DNA of 62,569 bases, filler included, from Sphacelaria rigidula (GCA_964200075.2; 11 parts of 11 records of this genome joined end to end with filler, not necessarily neighbours in it), one strand, 5' to 3'. Positions 1 to 13,559 are shown, counted from the first letter of the whole stretch. The notes: generated by a model from the letters alone, not told the origin. Program-made: numbers and translations.

Positions 1-89
1 GCGAATGATCAAAGCCACTCTCAATCGTATCATCTACTCTCAATCTCACGGAAACACTGTTCTATGTCGTGGGTACACAAAAGTCGTTT

Positions 90-290
90 ACCGGTCGACG
101 AGGGAAAGGGACCGCTGAACCCCTCTCGCGATAAAAAACAAAGGCAAGTACCGCAGAAGGAAGGTGGGGTATTAAAAACAAATAAAAAAACTCCTGTGTT
201 GACATTCCCCTTGTGTGACCCCGGCTGATGCGCCAACATATACCGAAAGGTGTAGACTGGTGCCCAGAATAAATGGGACGATAACACACT
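90..290. repeat. Interspersed repeat, copy 1 of 2
   Basis: CGGTCGACGAGGGAA...TGTGTGACCCCGGCTGATGCGCC...GACTGGYGCCCAGAATAAA...ACAC aligns in the same orientation to 10409-10617 on contig 2. Confidence 0.8.
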
Positions 291-482
291 AAGACCCCCC
301 CATATCAGTTCTCCTTGAAAAAGGGTGCATGATCTAGACGGACTGCCCTCGCGGTCCAAGATCTAGATCATTCATGATTTGGATTTTAATTGCACAAGCG
401 CATTTGGATTTTAATTGCACAAGGGTGCGATAGCTCTAACCTGTGCGACAAACCCGACCGAGATCACACTTTGGGCGTAAGG

Positions 483-742
483 TTAACCCTTTGGGAACCG
501 GACTCTCAGAAACATGGTGTTTGCAAGGAGGGGCTTTTCTGCGAATCAGCATCATTTTCAATCAACTCAAAATGATGCCGATTCACTAAAGGCCCCTGTG
601 TGTAAACACCATGCTTCTGGGAGTCCGGTCCCCAAAGAGTTCATGGACAGCGAGAGTAGGTCATCTGTTGAATCGGCATCAACTTCACTTGAAAAAAACG
701 ATGCAAAGTCCAGATGGATTACCCTCTCGGTCTAAGGGTTAA
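483..742. mobile_element. piggyBac-type MITE with TTAA target duplication
   Basis: TTAA|CCCTTT at 483 and AAGGG|TTAA at 739-742. Internal GAATCRGCATCA / TGATGCCGATTC inverted motifs are shared with 14553-14677 and 20196-20321. Confidence 0.75.
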
Positions 743-2371
743 GGTTGTGTGCTGCCGCATGTGGCCCCGGGGTAGATGAGTAACGCTGTAACGATCGGAT
801 GCAGTGGGTTTATCTCACGATACATATCGGTGCTTCACTGCTTTGTTTCGCAGGGAAGGGCCTCTCATAACCAAATGAGAAAAGTGAGAGCGCGCCGTGA
901 GAACGGGAATGATGCTCACGTTTTCGTGCTTTTTTTGTTCTTCCGATTGGTTGTGTCCCCTCTCACTTTTTTTGTCAGGCCTTCACCTCCAATACACACA
1001 GCCCCTGTGATATTTACAGCAGCGAGATAAACCAACTGCATCCGATCGTTGCAGTGTAGCTCATCTACCCCGGGGCCACATGCGACGCCCCAAGTGGGAT
1101 CTAGGTCGGGATTATCACACTCCTGTGGGATTGCTTCGCCCCCTGTTCGAAAACCGTTCCAAACTTGCTTTTTTCTTACACCCCTGTGCGATCATCCCGA
1201 CCTGTGTGGTCGAGCCGACCGATGGAAATTGTACGCGCGTTTTCCCCGCCCTAAATTACTTCTGTCGTGCCTTCAGACCAGCGGCTGTGATTGGAATACG
1301 TACAGTGCGTTCCTTCACAGCATGATTGGATGGGGGGGGGGGGGAAAGGACGTGGGCGCTTGCTTGCTTGTTGACACGAGCGTTGATTGCAAGAACGTTT
1401 AAGCGTTTTTGCCGATTGTGTTCAACAGCCCTTCCTAGCGGCTGAGGGGGGATGGGGGACGTTTTTCTGTGGTCGTGAAACAATCTTCTGTGCGTGCTAT
1501 GTGCTGACATCTTTGTACATACATCACCGCATCTGCAGCCGGTGCGATCGCCGCTGCTGCTCATGTTTTGCTTTACTGAGACGGCTATATGCTGCTGGCC
1601 ACGCCCGATGGACGAACTGCCATCACGTCCGGCACATGCCTGACAACGGACTTGCGTTTTCTCTCCACTCTACACGACAAACAAAAAACAACTATTCCGC
1701 CTCCTCCCGGAAGTCTGTCCGTCACTGAAGTTGCAAAAATGAAGAACGGGACAAGTGCGTCAACACCAGATGGTTGAAAATTACTGATTTTCGGTCCTAT
1801 TTTAGTCTCTACATTCGGACTATATTTCAATCCCTCTCGTGGCGAGGCGTATAACGCAATCCTTGACCCTAACTCCAACGGAAGGAAGACATATCGACAA
1901 GCTTCGGGAGAGGGAAATGTACTTGATTTCTTACGCAAGGTGTTCGTTGGTAGAGCTCAAATCAGGACCGGCTTGAGCCATAGTGCGTGCTGAGCACACT
2001 GAGGGTGCGTGTAGGCTGTGGTCCCCGTAAAGATCCGAATCCTACGGTGGAGGCTAAAAGCCGAGATTACCAAATGGTCGGAAATAATCGTCGTGAATTG
2101 ATTTCAGTGTGGACACCGATATTCGGAACTGTGAAGAGTGGCTGACAGCCGCAAGTGCTCCGTGCAGAACACGTATTTGTCCAAAGTCGGCGCCAGGCGC
2201 CGAGTTAAAGTCTGCCAAATGCACACGTTGTCTAGGATATCTGCTGCATCCCCCGTGCCCCAGGGTTCTCTTGTGCCCTGGTAAATTTTAGGGTTAGGCT
2301 TGGGCTCAGGTTTGGCGGCATCTCATTTATATTACCAACAATTGTTCTCAATCATTCGGTAATCAGCGCTC

Positions 2372-2466
2372 ACGAGAGGTATCTCAAACTCGAAGTTCCT
2401 GAGATATTTGACTGTACTGTAAATTAGTGTGAAATATAATGGGAATCTCGAGTTTGACATCTCTCC
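2372..2466. repeat. Short imperfect inverted repeat (possible MITE remnant)
   Basis: GAGAGGTATCTCAAACTCGAAGTTCC pairs with GGGAATCTCGAGTTTGACATCTCTC. Confidence 0.45.
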
Positions 2467-4022
2467 ACTTGAAACCAAGTTTTTTTTTTTTCATTTTTCA
2501 TTCGTGCATGTGGGGAGCGGGACGGATACAACTCGACTGGTCGCGGCACGCACTTGGGCTCAAGTGAAGGCCAACACGAGGTCTGCCAATCAACGTCTGC
2601 AACCCCTAGCCTGACTATTATTCTTGATGTTTCTTTGATCACGGTTGGGGTTGCAGTGGGTACCGATATGGCTTTCAGCTACTGTAGGGGACAGGAATTC
2701 AAACGGATCGTCCTTCACCATCCGGGCCCAAAGATGCCGGCCATGGGAGCATTAAAAATAGACCATGCTCAAGACGGATCCAAATGCAACGGGTTCACTT
2801 TGGCTTTCAGCCAAAATCTGTCTAAATGGTGTAACGCAGGAAACGTTGGCGCACAATTCAAGACAAACTGCTCTGGGTTTCCATTTGATCTTCACGGGTG
2901 GTGCTTTCGAAAAACAACTGGACTGGCTCATTATGAGCCTTACGACTGTACTGTTCTCTAAAACCCCGGATCATGCATGCAGGTGGTGACCGTAGGAAAA
3001 ATGAAAATTCATCCCATTTTCCGCGACCCCCTCAGATCAACCGTACGCGGACCAGGGGAAACATGTCGGGAACAGCTGCTTCGGTCAAACATTACGCATG
3101 TTGGGGATGAGGTACAAAGTAGTACACTACATGTATGGTGACATTTGAAGGGTTGCTCTAGCAAATAGAGAGGAGCTGCTCAAGTGGAAGCTCGGGCTTG
3201 CTCCTGTTTGGGACCAGCCAGAAATTTTGTTCCGGATAGAGGTCTGGCGTCGAAGGGTTTATATCCTGAAAAAGGATACCGTGAGTGAACAGCAACAAAA
3301 AACATGGACTACGCAGTGAACACAGTGAACAACAAACTGCAGGGTTGACCGCCCACAGTAAGCTACAGACAGTGCGGTACATTAGGGCGATTTAGAGAAA
3401 ATGGAGTTAATAAATCACACCACCCGACAGGATGAACACGAGTACAACTATGAGTCCATCACCATCAGCAGAGTGGGGAAACCGAATAATAATAGTATAA
3501 GTTATTTTTTGTGTAAATGATAATTGTATTATTATATATACAACGATAATGTTGTACTTGCTCGCATCGGCGAGGGGCTAACTTTCTGCTGTATGAATTT
3601 TTGTATGTACTTCCAAGTTTCTGGCCTCTCACGACTTGACGTTAAACCAACCTGAGGTAAAATACCACCACTACTGACTGTGCTTCACCGGACTGTACGG
3701 CCGTGCTGCATCACATGGACAACAACAGTACCGCAGTCGTACCAGAAAAAAGGGCGAGATGGGGCAAAAACATTTCGGCCCGGCGCGCTCGCATCTTCAG
3801 GGTGCATCTCCACACCGTATGAACTGTTGTACTGTATGTACTGTATGTACCTTGTATGTACTACATGATTTATCATACTGTACTGTCTCGCCATCCCGTC
3901 TTCCATGTACCGGAATGAAGGATCGTTGCACGGGAAGTCGTCCAGCTGGCAAACGGACACTCTGAGATAGACCCAGGTATACAGCATTTGAACCCAATAT
4001 AGTGTTACACAACACAACGTAC

Positions 4023-4625
4023 CACACGCTCGTGCTGCCGAGACACGCCGCCATCACCACCGACAACATCAAAGGTGGAGTCCGTTATTTCCAGGTCTCC
4101 CGAATTCCGAACGCCTCCTGCTTGAGCTCCTTCGGGCCCCACATGAATGAAAATGTAGACATTGTGCAGGTGTAGCTTGCCCCGATTGTTCAGTAGCGGC
4201 AAGTCTCTCCCGTAAGACATTTGAAGTGTCGTGCGCGGGTCGCCATCGTCGGCGTAGCCACTACCCAAGATTTTTACTGATTGACCCTTCGAAACCTCTA
4301 TGTTCTCGTTGCAGAGAAAAGGAGACGAATGACTACCGCTAGCACCGGCCTCGGTACCCAAAGCCCCAAGCTGTAGTACAAGCTGCTGTCCGAAGGGTTG
4401 CTCCTGTTGTGCGTTCGATGAAGATACCGCCCCAATAATCGCCTCCCTCAGATCAGTACAGCTCGACACTATCAATATTTCATCAGCAGAGGCTGCCGCC
4501 GTCGCCGCCACAGGCGTCACCACCACAAGAACCCATAAGGGCTCTATAGAATATAGCATAGATCTGAGAGAGCCACCGAGACGGAATCCCCCCCTGTGAC
4601 CCTCCTGACAGCGGATGTGTTTCAC
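4023..4625 (-). CDS. First exon of a putative secreted/surface protein, possibly beta-helix (polymorphic-membrane-protein-like)
   Basis: About 200 open codons with a hydrophobic signal-like stretch (LWVLVVVTPVAATAAASA), then VSSCTDLREAI and GGVRNSGDLEITDSTF, a GG-x-x-N-x-G-x-L beta-helix-like motif. Ends at a GTACGT donor at 4022. Start could be M at about 4559. Family is inferred. Confidence 0.6.
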
Positions 4626-5189
4626 TACTAGTGTTGTCTGTTCGCGTTGTGTTGGTGGAGAAAGGTGGAAATGATTTTTTTCACCTCTTTAGATATTTGC
4701 ATATTTGTTCGATGATAGAATCGATTTGAGGAAAAAAAAAAAGAGCCAGCGTAGGTGGCGAGTGTAGCGAGGGAATATCCAAGAGCAAAGAGGGAAGCGA
4801 TCTTTCATCCTTCGACTCCGCGTGGGCGAAAGATCTCTTCATGGTATTTTATTATTATCGTGATATCCCCACCTGCTACCCACCTGAACGTTACACGAAT
4901 AAGGCTTGTCTCTGGATGATTGGACAGTTATACGAAATGCTCCTGAAACAAATCGGGGCTGTCTTCATATACTCTGAGCTTGTAGTGTTTTAAGGGCTCA
5001 ACGTCCTTCTGCATGCCACCCTTGCACAAACATGACACGGTGGTGTCGGCAGACCCGATATAGTCTACAATCACTATCGTACTACTCGTTGCACGAAACA
5101 GTGTAAATGCTCTATAGCTACCTCTTGTAGAACTCCAGTTCGATTTTTCCCATCACCACGTACAAACTGGCGATAGCAATTTTTTCGTG

Positions 5190-5450
5190 AGGTTGAGAGC
5201 TGAGGATGAGGATACGATTGAGGATGGAAAGCAGTCAATTAGTAAATGAACCGTTTCGGTTCCGAAATGCCCCTCGACGAGGCCCTATATCCCTGAGTAG
5301 GATATCGACGTGTTGTAGCTGTAAGCACACGCCAGTAATCCAGGCAAAAAAAAGCACACACGGCAAGCACACGGAATGAAAAATTGGCGAAGTTAGAGCG
5401 AATGACCAAAGTCACTCTCAATCTCACGAAAACTTTGTTCGATGTGTATT
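5190..5450 (+). repeat. Interspersed repeat family
   Basis: GAGGATACGATTGAG...GTTCCGAAATGCCCC...GCTGTAAGCACAC...GCGAATGA aligns to the minus strand of about 26140-26400. Partial copies at 1-66 (+) and about 39061-39080 (-). Confidence 0.7.
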
Positions 5451-5598
5451 TCATCAGTAGGAGCTATGTATAGTACAGCAGCCTGCACACTTTATATACA
5501 AATACAGGCCATTCTCCGTTCTAACACCTGGAAACAGCCGATCATCTATGTTGAGGATGGTGCTTTTGATTGAGGATGAGAACCCGGAGGATTAAAAT

Positions 5599-5698
5599 NN
5601 NNNNNNNNNNNNNNNNNNNNNNNNNNNNNNNNNNNNNNNNNNTTAATTAATTAANNNNNNNNNNNNNNNNNNNNNNNNNNNNNNNNNNNNNNNNNNNN
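5599..5698. other. Artificial contig spacer (N44-TTAATTAATTAA-N44), first of ten
   Basis: Identical 100-nt spacer with stops in all six frames also at 11297-11396, 16995-17094, 22693-22792, 28390-28489, 34087-34186, 39784-39883, 45481-45580, 51178-51277 and 56874-56973. Contig lengths fall monotonically from 5598 to 5596 bp. Confidence 0.98.
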
Positions 5699-6978
5699 AA
5701 ACAAACAATATTTTAATTTTTTTTTTTTTTTGTTGTAATTTTGTTTCCCCCCCCCCCCCCCCCCCGACTTCTCATCAAGAAGAAAAGAATATGTTACAGA
5801 TAAATATCGACGCTACCTCGTGGGAGCAATTTTTTTTTATTTTTTTTATTAGGGGGGGAAGGGTCGTCCTTGCTCCTGACTATTTCAACAAAGAAAGTTT
5901 GGAGTGGAGAGCACCTTCCTGAGTTCCTGGGATTCCGTATTCCCGGCCCCCTAGATAACAGCCACGATAATCATTTCCCACGACTAACAGCTTGTTAGCT
6001 GTCTGGTTCCCGAGAGGGGACTCACCGTCTATGGGACTGCGAACCCCTGTGTCCACACATCCACGAGCTCAGTGAACTAACTGTACGGCTGCCAGAGCAC
6101 CTACACGGAGCCCGCGGCGGGCGGTCTTCTCCGCGAGCATGGTGTTTTTATCAAAGGGCCGCGGTCTGTGTAGTGTTTTTCTTCTCTTACTTTCGTTTTT
6201 AGAGATATCGCGGGGTTTTCCAACTCGCAAGTGAATTAACCGTGTGCACTGTGGTCATGCGACCCCGTCTGTCGGTGGAGGTCGTTGTAGTTTTTTTTTT
6301 TATCGTGGTATATATCCTCGACCATCCTTATACGCCCCCTCCCACCTGTACCCTCGCCCCGCTTCCCGTCGTGTGGCTGTTGACTCGTATTTTTCGTGCT
6401 TTTTTTCACCGTGCGTGATATCCATGTTGTCTATGATGTGCATTTGGGGTGACGCTCCACATCACCGCCCATTCCGCTGCATTATCGGGCCCAAGCAGCA
6501 ACGGCGTCTCTGTCAGCGACGCTGACATCCAAAAGTTGGTGCGATGTTTTTTACCTCCACATGTTGTCATTGTTTTGTAGTAGTTGTTGCTTCGTACATC
6601 ACGAAGCCATGCAGTGGGGCATTGCCATGCTATCGTTCGCTTCCAAAAGAGCTGTAAAATGGGTTAATTTTAACACGTGGGTGGGCGGATGTCGCGCTGA
6701 ACACTGAACGCGTTTGCCACACTTTGTGATGTTTTTCGGCCCGACTCCCCTTCCCTGCCCCTCTCCCCCCCGTCAAATTTTCTCCCGAAAGTTCTTATTT
6801 ATTTATTTTCGTTTTGATAGTATAATTGCAAGTAGCTTTGTTCGAGTGACTGCAGCATGTATATACTCCGGAGTATATATTTTTTCAACATAGTGTGGAA
6901 TATTTTCAGTATTCTCGAAAGCAAGTGAGTCCTCTATTTCAGGTGGGGGAGCGCGAAGAAAAGCGTGTTGTTCATATC

Positions 6979-7097
6979 TTGACTTGATATTTGACTGGCA
7001 TGCATACAATACGTACAGTATATATTTGTTCTCAACCTTGACTTGATATGTGATTGGCATGCATACAGTACGTACAGTATATATTTGTTCTCAACCT
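6979..7097. repeat. Tandem duplication of a 59-bp unit
   Basis: TTGACTTGATAT.TGA.TGGCATGCATACA.TACGTACAGTATATATTTGTTCTCAACC occurs twice in tandem. Confidence 0.85.
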
Positions 7098-7590
7098 ACA
7101 CTATTGTTTCGTCCCTCTACATGGGATTTACATTTGTTGTTCTCCTTCCTTCCTTTGCTGTTGTTATCTTCTGTCTTTTATTTTATTTTCCTTTATAGCT
7201 TTCACGTTCCTCCGACTCTAGGAACTTCCTCGTTCCTTTTTCCCGTTTTTTTTGTTCTTCAAAGTGTATCTGTTTTTACTTTGGCGACCCCCGCATCCCC
7301 AACGGTACTCCCCTCCGTCATTGCGGATTTGAAAAATCAGGCTACAGATTGTGAAGTGCAAAAAAATAAAGAAACGCAATGCTCTTGCCTCCCCCCCCCC
7401 CCCGCGCGCGCTCCCTTCGTGGGACGAGTCTGTANNNNNNNNNCCCCCCCCGAGTTTGGGGATTTGAAAAACCAGGCCCAAATTTGGGAAGGGAAAAAAA
7501 AAAAAGAAACGCAAGGCCCTTGCCCCCCCCCCCCCCCCCGCGCGCGCTCCCTTCGTGGGACGAGTCTGTAGTTCGAAGTGATGATTAATC

Positions 7591-7768
7591 TACACTCTGG
7601 ATAATGACTAAACGGTCAATAGATGCAATAGACAAAAAGTGTACTGGGTAAAGTATGGGCCTATTGCAAGTATTGTCGGTCGTCAATGGTTTCAATAGGC
7701 CTATACTTTATCCGGTACATATTTTGTCCACTGCATCGTTTGATCATTTAGTCATTATCCAGGGTGTG
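7591..7768. mobile_element. Fold-back MITE (Tc1/mariner-like TA flank) inserted in a SINE-family sequence
   Basis: Near-complete hairpin: TA|CACTCTGGATAATGACTAAA ... TTTAGTCATTATCCAGGGTG|TG. The flanks rejoin into the GGGACGAGTC..ATCAA.CCATCTCTC motif seen at about 22650-22692. Confidence 0.7.
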
Positions 7769-8249
7769 GACTAATCAAGCCATCTCTCCCCCGGTATGCG
7801 CTCGCCTTACAGTTTTTTTTCGAGTCCTGTTTTGACCAGCACTCTCTCATTGCGCCCAACGATCTTCGTTTTTCATGATGTATCGCTTCCATGGAAACCT
7901 TCCGCCTCTTGCGCGCTATCCTCTCCCGGCCACAACCACGCGGGCGGGAAGAACTTACTGACAAGATAGACAATAATGAACAAAACATTTTCAAAAACAA
8001 AGTTTTTTTTTTTTTCCTTGACGGCAGGTGGAAACCCAACCCAGTGCTTACCCCGCAAGCGAGTTTCGCAAACAAAAAATGAAACACCAAGACGTGAATG
8101 AACGGCCGATCGCATGAGATTCGGGAGTCAGTAGGATTGCAAAGCTGAGACAAATATACCAAGGCGTTTCCGATGAAGCGGTCTAGATAGGATTAGGTTC
8201 GGGATATATTAGTAACCTGTATATACGGGACGAACGAGTAACATGGGCA

Positions 8250-8520
8250 ATTCGCTCATGCTTTTGCATCATTTGACACACAGTAGTTGGTGACTGCAAG
8301 TGCTTTCAACGCACGAACAAGTTAGGCGTTGATATGTTTCGCTTATGTGTTTTCGTAGTCATTTTTGACTCACAGTGCGGTAAGTGGTGAACAGCAAATG
8401 TGTTACCGCTCATGTTCTTGTAGTCATCAGTTGTAACTCCAAGTGTTTTTACCGCACGAACGAGCTAGGCGTTAACTTTTTTCGCTCATGTTTTCGTCGT
8501 CATTTCAACACACAGTAGTA
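8250..8520. repeat. Degenerate tandem repeat, units about 55-90 bp
   Basis: Recurrent TTCGCTCATG...TCATTT..ACACAGTAG and CGCACGAAC.AG.TAGGCGTT. Confidence 0.6.
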
Positions 8521-9149
8521 ACTAACAATATATACATTTATGTCAACATCAACATATTAGGTGGAGATGGAGGTGCGAAGGCGCGTGTCTCTCTTGGATG
8601 CTCATCCGCACAACGTCCCTTCCAGTTCACCGCCAGATGAAGGGAAAGACGGCGCCATATTTCCGAGAACGGCCACCCTACCCGAGTCGGAACGCATGCG
8701 GTGAGAGATCAAAACACAGGGACTTGGATTCTCGTGTGAGCCCGTACCTGACCTTCACCCCCTGATGCGGCGTTTTGTGATGTTATTAACCGATGCCAAT
8801 GTAAGAGAAGATGTAGGGAGGGGGACGGAGGGATGGATGGAAGAAGTAAAGACGAAGACAGACAGACACGCACGCAGGTTGACGAGGAAACACGAAAGCG
8901 TATGCACATCATGCATAGTAGTGCGTACGAAAGGATACGAAGCTCCACAAATAATAATGAAAAAAAAAAAACGTGCTGCTGCTGCTGCTGCTTCCGCACA
9001 TAAGGAATTAGAATGTAATGCTAATGGTGAAAAAAAAAACGGTTAGTGGCAAAGCGACATCCGAATCACTCACTCTCCATTAGACGAACATACAGGAGGA
9101 GAGAGGGAGGAACAGGTGGAGAAAAAGTTACATGTGGTACGTGCCTTAG

Positions 9150-9432
9150 TCTGTCTGACGGTTATAAGGGTAAGATTTCGTACAGATCTCACAGAACTAT
9201 CGGGTACCGGTATGGAGTCTTGCAGTACTCAGGAACCCTTGCCCACAACCAAGAATTTCTGCAAGAGTATACCCGTGCGCCGGGTAAGGGTAAAACTTCG
9301 CACAGATCTTACAAAACTATCGGGTACCGGCGGGGGAGGCTTGCAGAACTCAGAGAACTATTGTGCGCGGGCAGTACCCCGGTGAATACCCCTGGTATAC
9401 AGAAAACCGTACCCTACCGAACAAAAACTTGG
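9150..9432 (+). mobile_element. Partial minisatellite-bearing non-autonomous element (ACAGAACT/CGGGTA repeats), right terminus only
   Basis: Repeats of CAGAACT(A/G)TCGGGTACCGG ending ACCGTACCCTACCGAACAAAAACTTGG. Same family as 31384-32005 and 32675-33178. Confidence 0.7.
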
Positions 9433-9730
9433 ATTTTTCGGTTGAGCGGGCTCAGTGTTACACGTGTTTCTTCCCCTCACCTGTAACTCCTCCCATTCCT
9501 CGAGACGAGTCCGTGGTCTCAAGAGATCTATTAATCTCTTCCCCCTCCGCGTTGCACGCATCACATTTTCGATATCGCGAAATGGATCACGACTGTCAGC
9601 GCTCCCGCCCCCGCGTCGACTGTCGTCCAACAAATTAATCAAAACATGACTCCTTTCGCTACTCATGTCCTCATGCTTTCAACGGCAGAAAATTGATACT
9701 TTGTTACGTGATAAAAGTTGTTGAGCTATA

Positions 9731-9751
9731 TGGCCCCACTTTCTACGATAG

Positions 9752-9787
<36 letters not shown>

Positions 9788-10275
9788 CGTGGGGGGAGAC
9801 AAAGCTCACACCCAACACGGAACAAACCAAAAACACCAAACCAAGACACGCACACNNNNNNNNNNAACGACAGAATTGGGATTTGTTTCTGATATTATAT
9901 GGTTGGTATTTTTTGCCCGCCTTTTGTTCGCTCCCCCCCCCCCCCCCCCCCCCCTAAAGGGCCTGGTTTGGGGATCGAGGCAAAATGTTCACGTAAATCG
10001 AAATGGAAAAAGCCAAGCACAACGAGCAGCTGGGAATTCCCACGCTTGGGTTTGTTCTCGCCAATATCGCCCACATGAGGTGCTCCATGCAGCCTGAACC
10101 CAAACATCAGGCGCAATGTGACCGATTTCTTCGTGACACTTTCGGGCTGATTTTTTTTTGGGGGGGGTACTTATATGTTGCTTGCCTTCGTCGTTTGACC
10201 ATTGACCACGCATCCCTTTCGAGACGGAGCAGCTGGTGCGGCCGATTTGGCGGGGGGCTATCGTAGAAAGTGTCA
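9731..10275. mobile_element. MITE with TIR TGGCACTTTCTACGATAGCCCC, copy 1
   Basis: CACTTTCTACGATAGCCCC at 9737 and GGGGCTATCGTAGAAAGTGTCA at about 10254-10275. The interior matches 47140-47390 in reverse orientation. Contains a 10-N gap and a LINE 3'-end fragment. Confidence 0.8.
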
Positions 10276-10408
10276 CATGCATTCAGCGGGAACCGAGCCC
10301 ACATTTTCCCTGCCAAAGTGGTTCTAGTTGCATCATTGGACCACTGGGGCGCGGTTATACTGTATTCTGTACAGCATATATTGAAAGTAAAGTACAAAAT
10401 TCGACTTA

Positions 10409-10617
10409 ACGGTCGACGAGGGAACGGGACGGCTGATCCCCTCTCGCGAAAAAAAAGATAACAAGACAAGCACCGCAGAAGGAAGGTGCAGTACTAAAAA
10501 ACAAATAAAAAAGAAAAATCTCCTGTGTTGACCTTCCTCCTGTGTGACCCCGGCTGATGCGCCCACATATCCCGAAAGGGGTAGACTGGCGCCCAGAATA
10601 AAAGGGACGACAACACA
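10409..10617. repeat. Interspersed repeat, copy 2 of 2
   Basis: Aligns to 90-290. Confidence 0.8.
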
Positions 10618-10762
10618 ACGTCCATACGAGAATATACAGGTCGAACGGCGATCCCTGAATCTCAGTTACAGTATCGTTCTATGGGCCGTGTTTTACGCTG
10701 TGAATTTATACACCTGTGGGTCGTTCCTCTTTTGCCCGTGGCTTGTGATGAGCTTTGAATAA

Positions 10763-11104
<342 letters not shown>

Positions 11105-11897
11105 TAAGTATTCTAATTCTTGAACACGACGTGTCATGACCTCGAGTAATGCTTGCTTCGTGGCTTCATTGGTGCTCGGTTTGAGTGGCGTTGAAGGAGG
11201 GTGGGGGGGGGGGGGGGGGGGCGGCCCCTTTTTTAGTTCGCTTTGGGTTGTTGGACGGTGCACCCGCCACCCCTCCCAGATGAGCACCCAGTCACTNNNN
11301 NNNNNNNNNNNNNNNNNNNNNNNNNNNNNNNNNNNNNNNNTTAATTAATTAANNNNNNNNNNNNNNNNNNNNNNNNNNNNNNNNNNNNNNNNNNNNGGCT
11401 ATCGATCTCACTGAGCGTGGCGGCGGAAGCCGCCGAACCCCTTGTAAATATATATATATATATGTATATATATATACATGGCTTTAGACACCGGAGCAAT
11501 AATGCGCGACAAGGCAAGCTAGGGCAATTTTCGGTTGACGAATGAAATCTTCGGTTGGTAAGTTTTGCAAAAATGTTGAACGTAAAATGTGACTGTTCAG
11601 AAGGCGACTTCAACCCCATTTGAGTGTTCAACCTCATTGACCAGGGTCCTTTCTTACCGTCTACTTACGAGCGTTCCACAATACTACAGATAGCATGAAG
11701 ATATGTCGGCAACACAAGATGGGGCAGGCAGGCTGCTACGAGCAGTGTAAAAAGGACCATATTTGCCCGTATCACCTGTGATTTAATGATCACGACCATA
11801 ATGGTCAAATACCGCCACGCTGCGAGGTGTTCTAAATGCAGTCTACCTGTGGGGGAACAAAGTGACCATTCTGATAGCTGCGATTGGTCGAAATGGT

Positions 11898-12115
11898 CAC
11901 TCCACTCCTCTCGGGCCTCGTTCCTGGCTTACAAGTTTTGTAAAACTTCCAAAAACAAGAAGTTGACTTCGTGAACTTCCCGGCTGTTCTACAAACAAGC
12001 ACCCACCCCCCTGGCGAAACCCATCCGCCTCCCCGTCCTCTGGAACCCCCCGGATATTCCTGGACTGTCAACCGGTACAACTGTTCCGAGACGACGCTCG
12101 CAGGCAAAGGGTCAA
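11898..12115 (+). mobile_element. Right end of a piggyBac-like element, copy 1
   Basis: Aligns to 13338-13559. Both end in CTCGCAG.CAAAGGG followed by a degenerate TTAA (TCAA here, TAAA there). Confidence 0.55.
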
Positions 12116-12914
12116 CGAGACAGAAAAAAGAAGCAAGAACTGGAAGCGAGCAAGGCAGCTTGCCGGCACACAACGACCACTCTGGGCCCAGACGAGGAAA
12201 CATGCCAACGAACTTTCTTCGAACAACTGTGCTTCTTTCTGCACCGGGCGCAGTCGAAAACAGACTTGGAAGTCACGGGCGTGACTGAAACACGTTACAC
12301 CTACACGACCCAACTCGAGCAAAAACGCCCCGGTACTCACAGTACAAGCGCATCGCGCCTAGCGTTAGCTCTTGCTCGTCCTTACACGGTGTTGTTTTCC
12401 CCACCTCAATCCGTTCGGTATCGGGAGAGGGGCGGCCGCGTGTGTGCCGAAAAAGTTGCCCACAATGGAGTCATTGACCGTCTGTGGGAGCGTTATACCG
12501 CGCCCGTCTGACAGAAATCATCGTGTCTCATTCAATGTTGCACAGATCTGCCCCAAGCCAGAAACGTCGTACTCAGTTGATCATTAGCTATGGCTAGAGC
12601 TGTTCGTTGTGTGTCCTGGGACAGGGAGATCAGAAGCATGTGTGAGCTTGTGCCTCCGGCCCGGGCTGTGTGCAAGTGCGTACCACAGCAAGGGTCATCG
12701 CGCCGCGGCTTCGTGGCGAACAGCCCAAGCACGTCTTGGCGAATAGCCTGAGAGTTTCCAAAATAAGGCCGTCTCATAGGTCATGTTTTATCGAGACCAA
12801 AAAAAGAAACGCAGAACGGAACAGGAGTCCACAAGCAGCATGTCGATTCTTCGCCACAACCATAGACCCGCCCGGCAACGAATCAATGTGTTGTTTTTTG
12901 GACGCTTGTTTCGT

Positions 12915-13160
12915 TTCTCGCTTCGTTTTTTGTCTCGATAAGGGCGTGTCTTAGCACAATATTTTTCGATCGAAAAACTGCGGTGGAAAAGGAAAACTCC
13001 GATCTGATAGGTCGTAATTTGAACCACCGTCGTTTATGTTGAAGATGGTTGAAATCGCAACGTGTCAGATCGACAATCTTGCTCTCCATCGCACTTTTTT
13101 TTAGTCCAAGAATGATGTGCTAAGACACGGCCTCATTGAGACAAAAAATGGGCGAGCAAA
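12915..13160. repeat. Imperfect palindrome of about 240 bp
   Basis: TTTTTGTCTCGATAAGGGCGTGTCTTAGCACA pairs with TGTGCTAAGACACGGCCTCATTGAGACAAAAA. Centre near 13038. Confidence 0.7.
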
Positions 13161-13337
13161 GGAAACACGTTGATTGGTTGCTGCGATACCACGCCCCCCA
13201 AAAAGAAAAATGTGCTACGCTTGATTCTAGACGGTATCGCGGCGACCAATCAGCGTTCTTCCTCTGCTCGCTTCTTGTTGCGCGTTTTTTTTCGTCTCTG
13301 TAGGACACAGTCTGACTTATCACAAATATCGAAATGT

Positions 13338-13559
13338 TCACTCCCCTCCTCTCGAGCCTCGTTCCTGGCTTGAAATGTTCGGCGGGGAACTTCCGAACAC
13401 GCACGGTTGACTTCGTGAGCTCTCCGTCTGTTCTACGAACAGGCGCCCGCCCCCTGTCAAAGCCCTTCCCCCCCCCCTGCCCCCCGAAAGCCCCTGGATG
13501 TCCCTGGACTGTCAGCCGGTGAAACTGTTCAGAGGCGAGACTCGCAGTCAAAGGGTAAA
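13338..13559 (+). mobile_element. Right end of a piggyBac-like element, copy 2
   Basis: Aligns to 11898-12115 and ends AAAGGG-TAAA. Confidence 0.55.

Noticed and set aside
5643..5654. Periodic TTAATTAATTAA motif every 5.7 kb, and ORFs ending in XXXLIN
   Set aside because: Synthetic contig linker inside N runs. Neighbouring contigs are not physically linked, so no cross-contig gene cluster can be claimed.
7310..7575. Apparent tandem duplications flanking 10-N gaps (also about 9740-9960, 23390-23700 and 36310-36480)
   Set aside because: One copy is an error-rich version of the other, next to long C/G homopolymers; most likely unmerged low-quality read ends.
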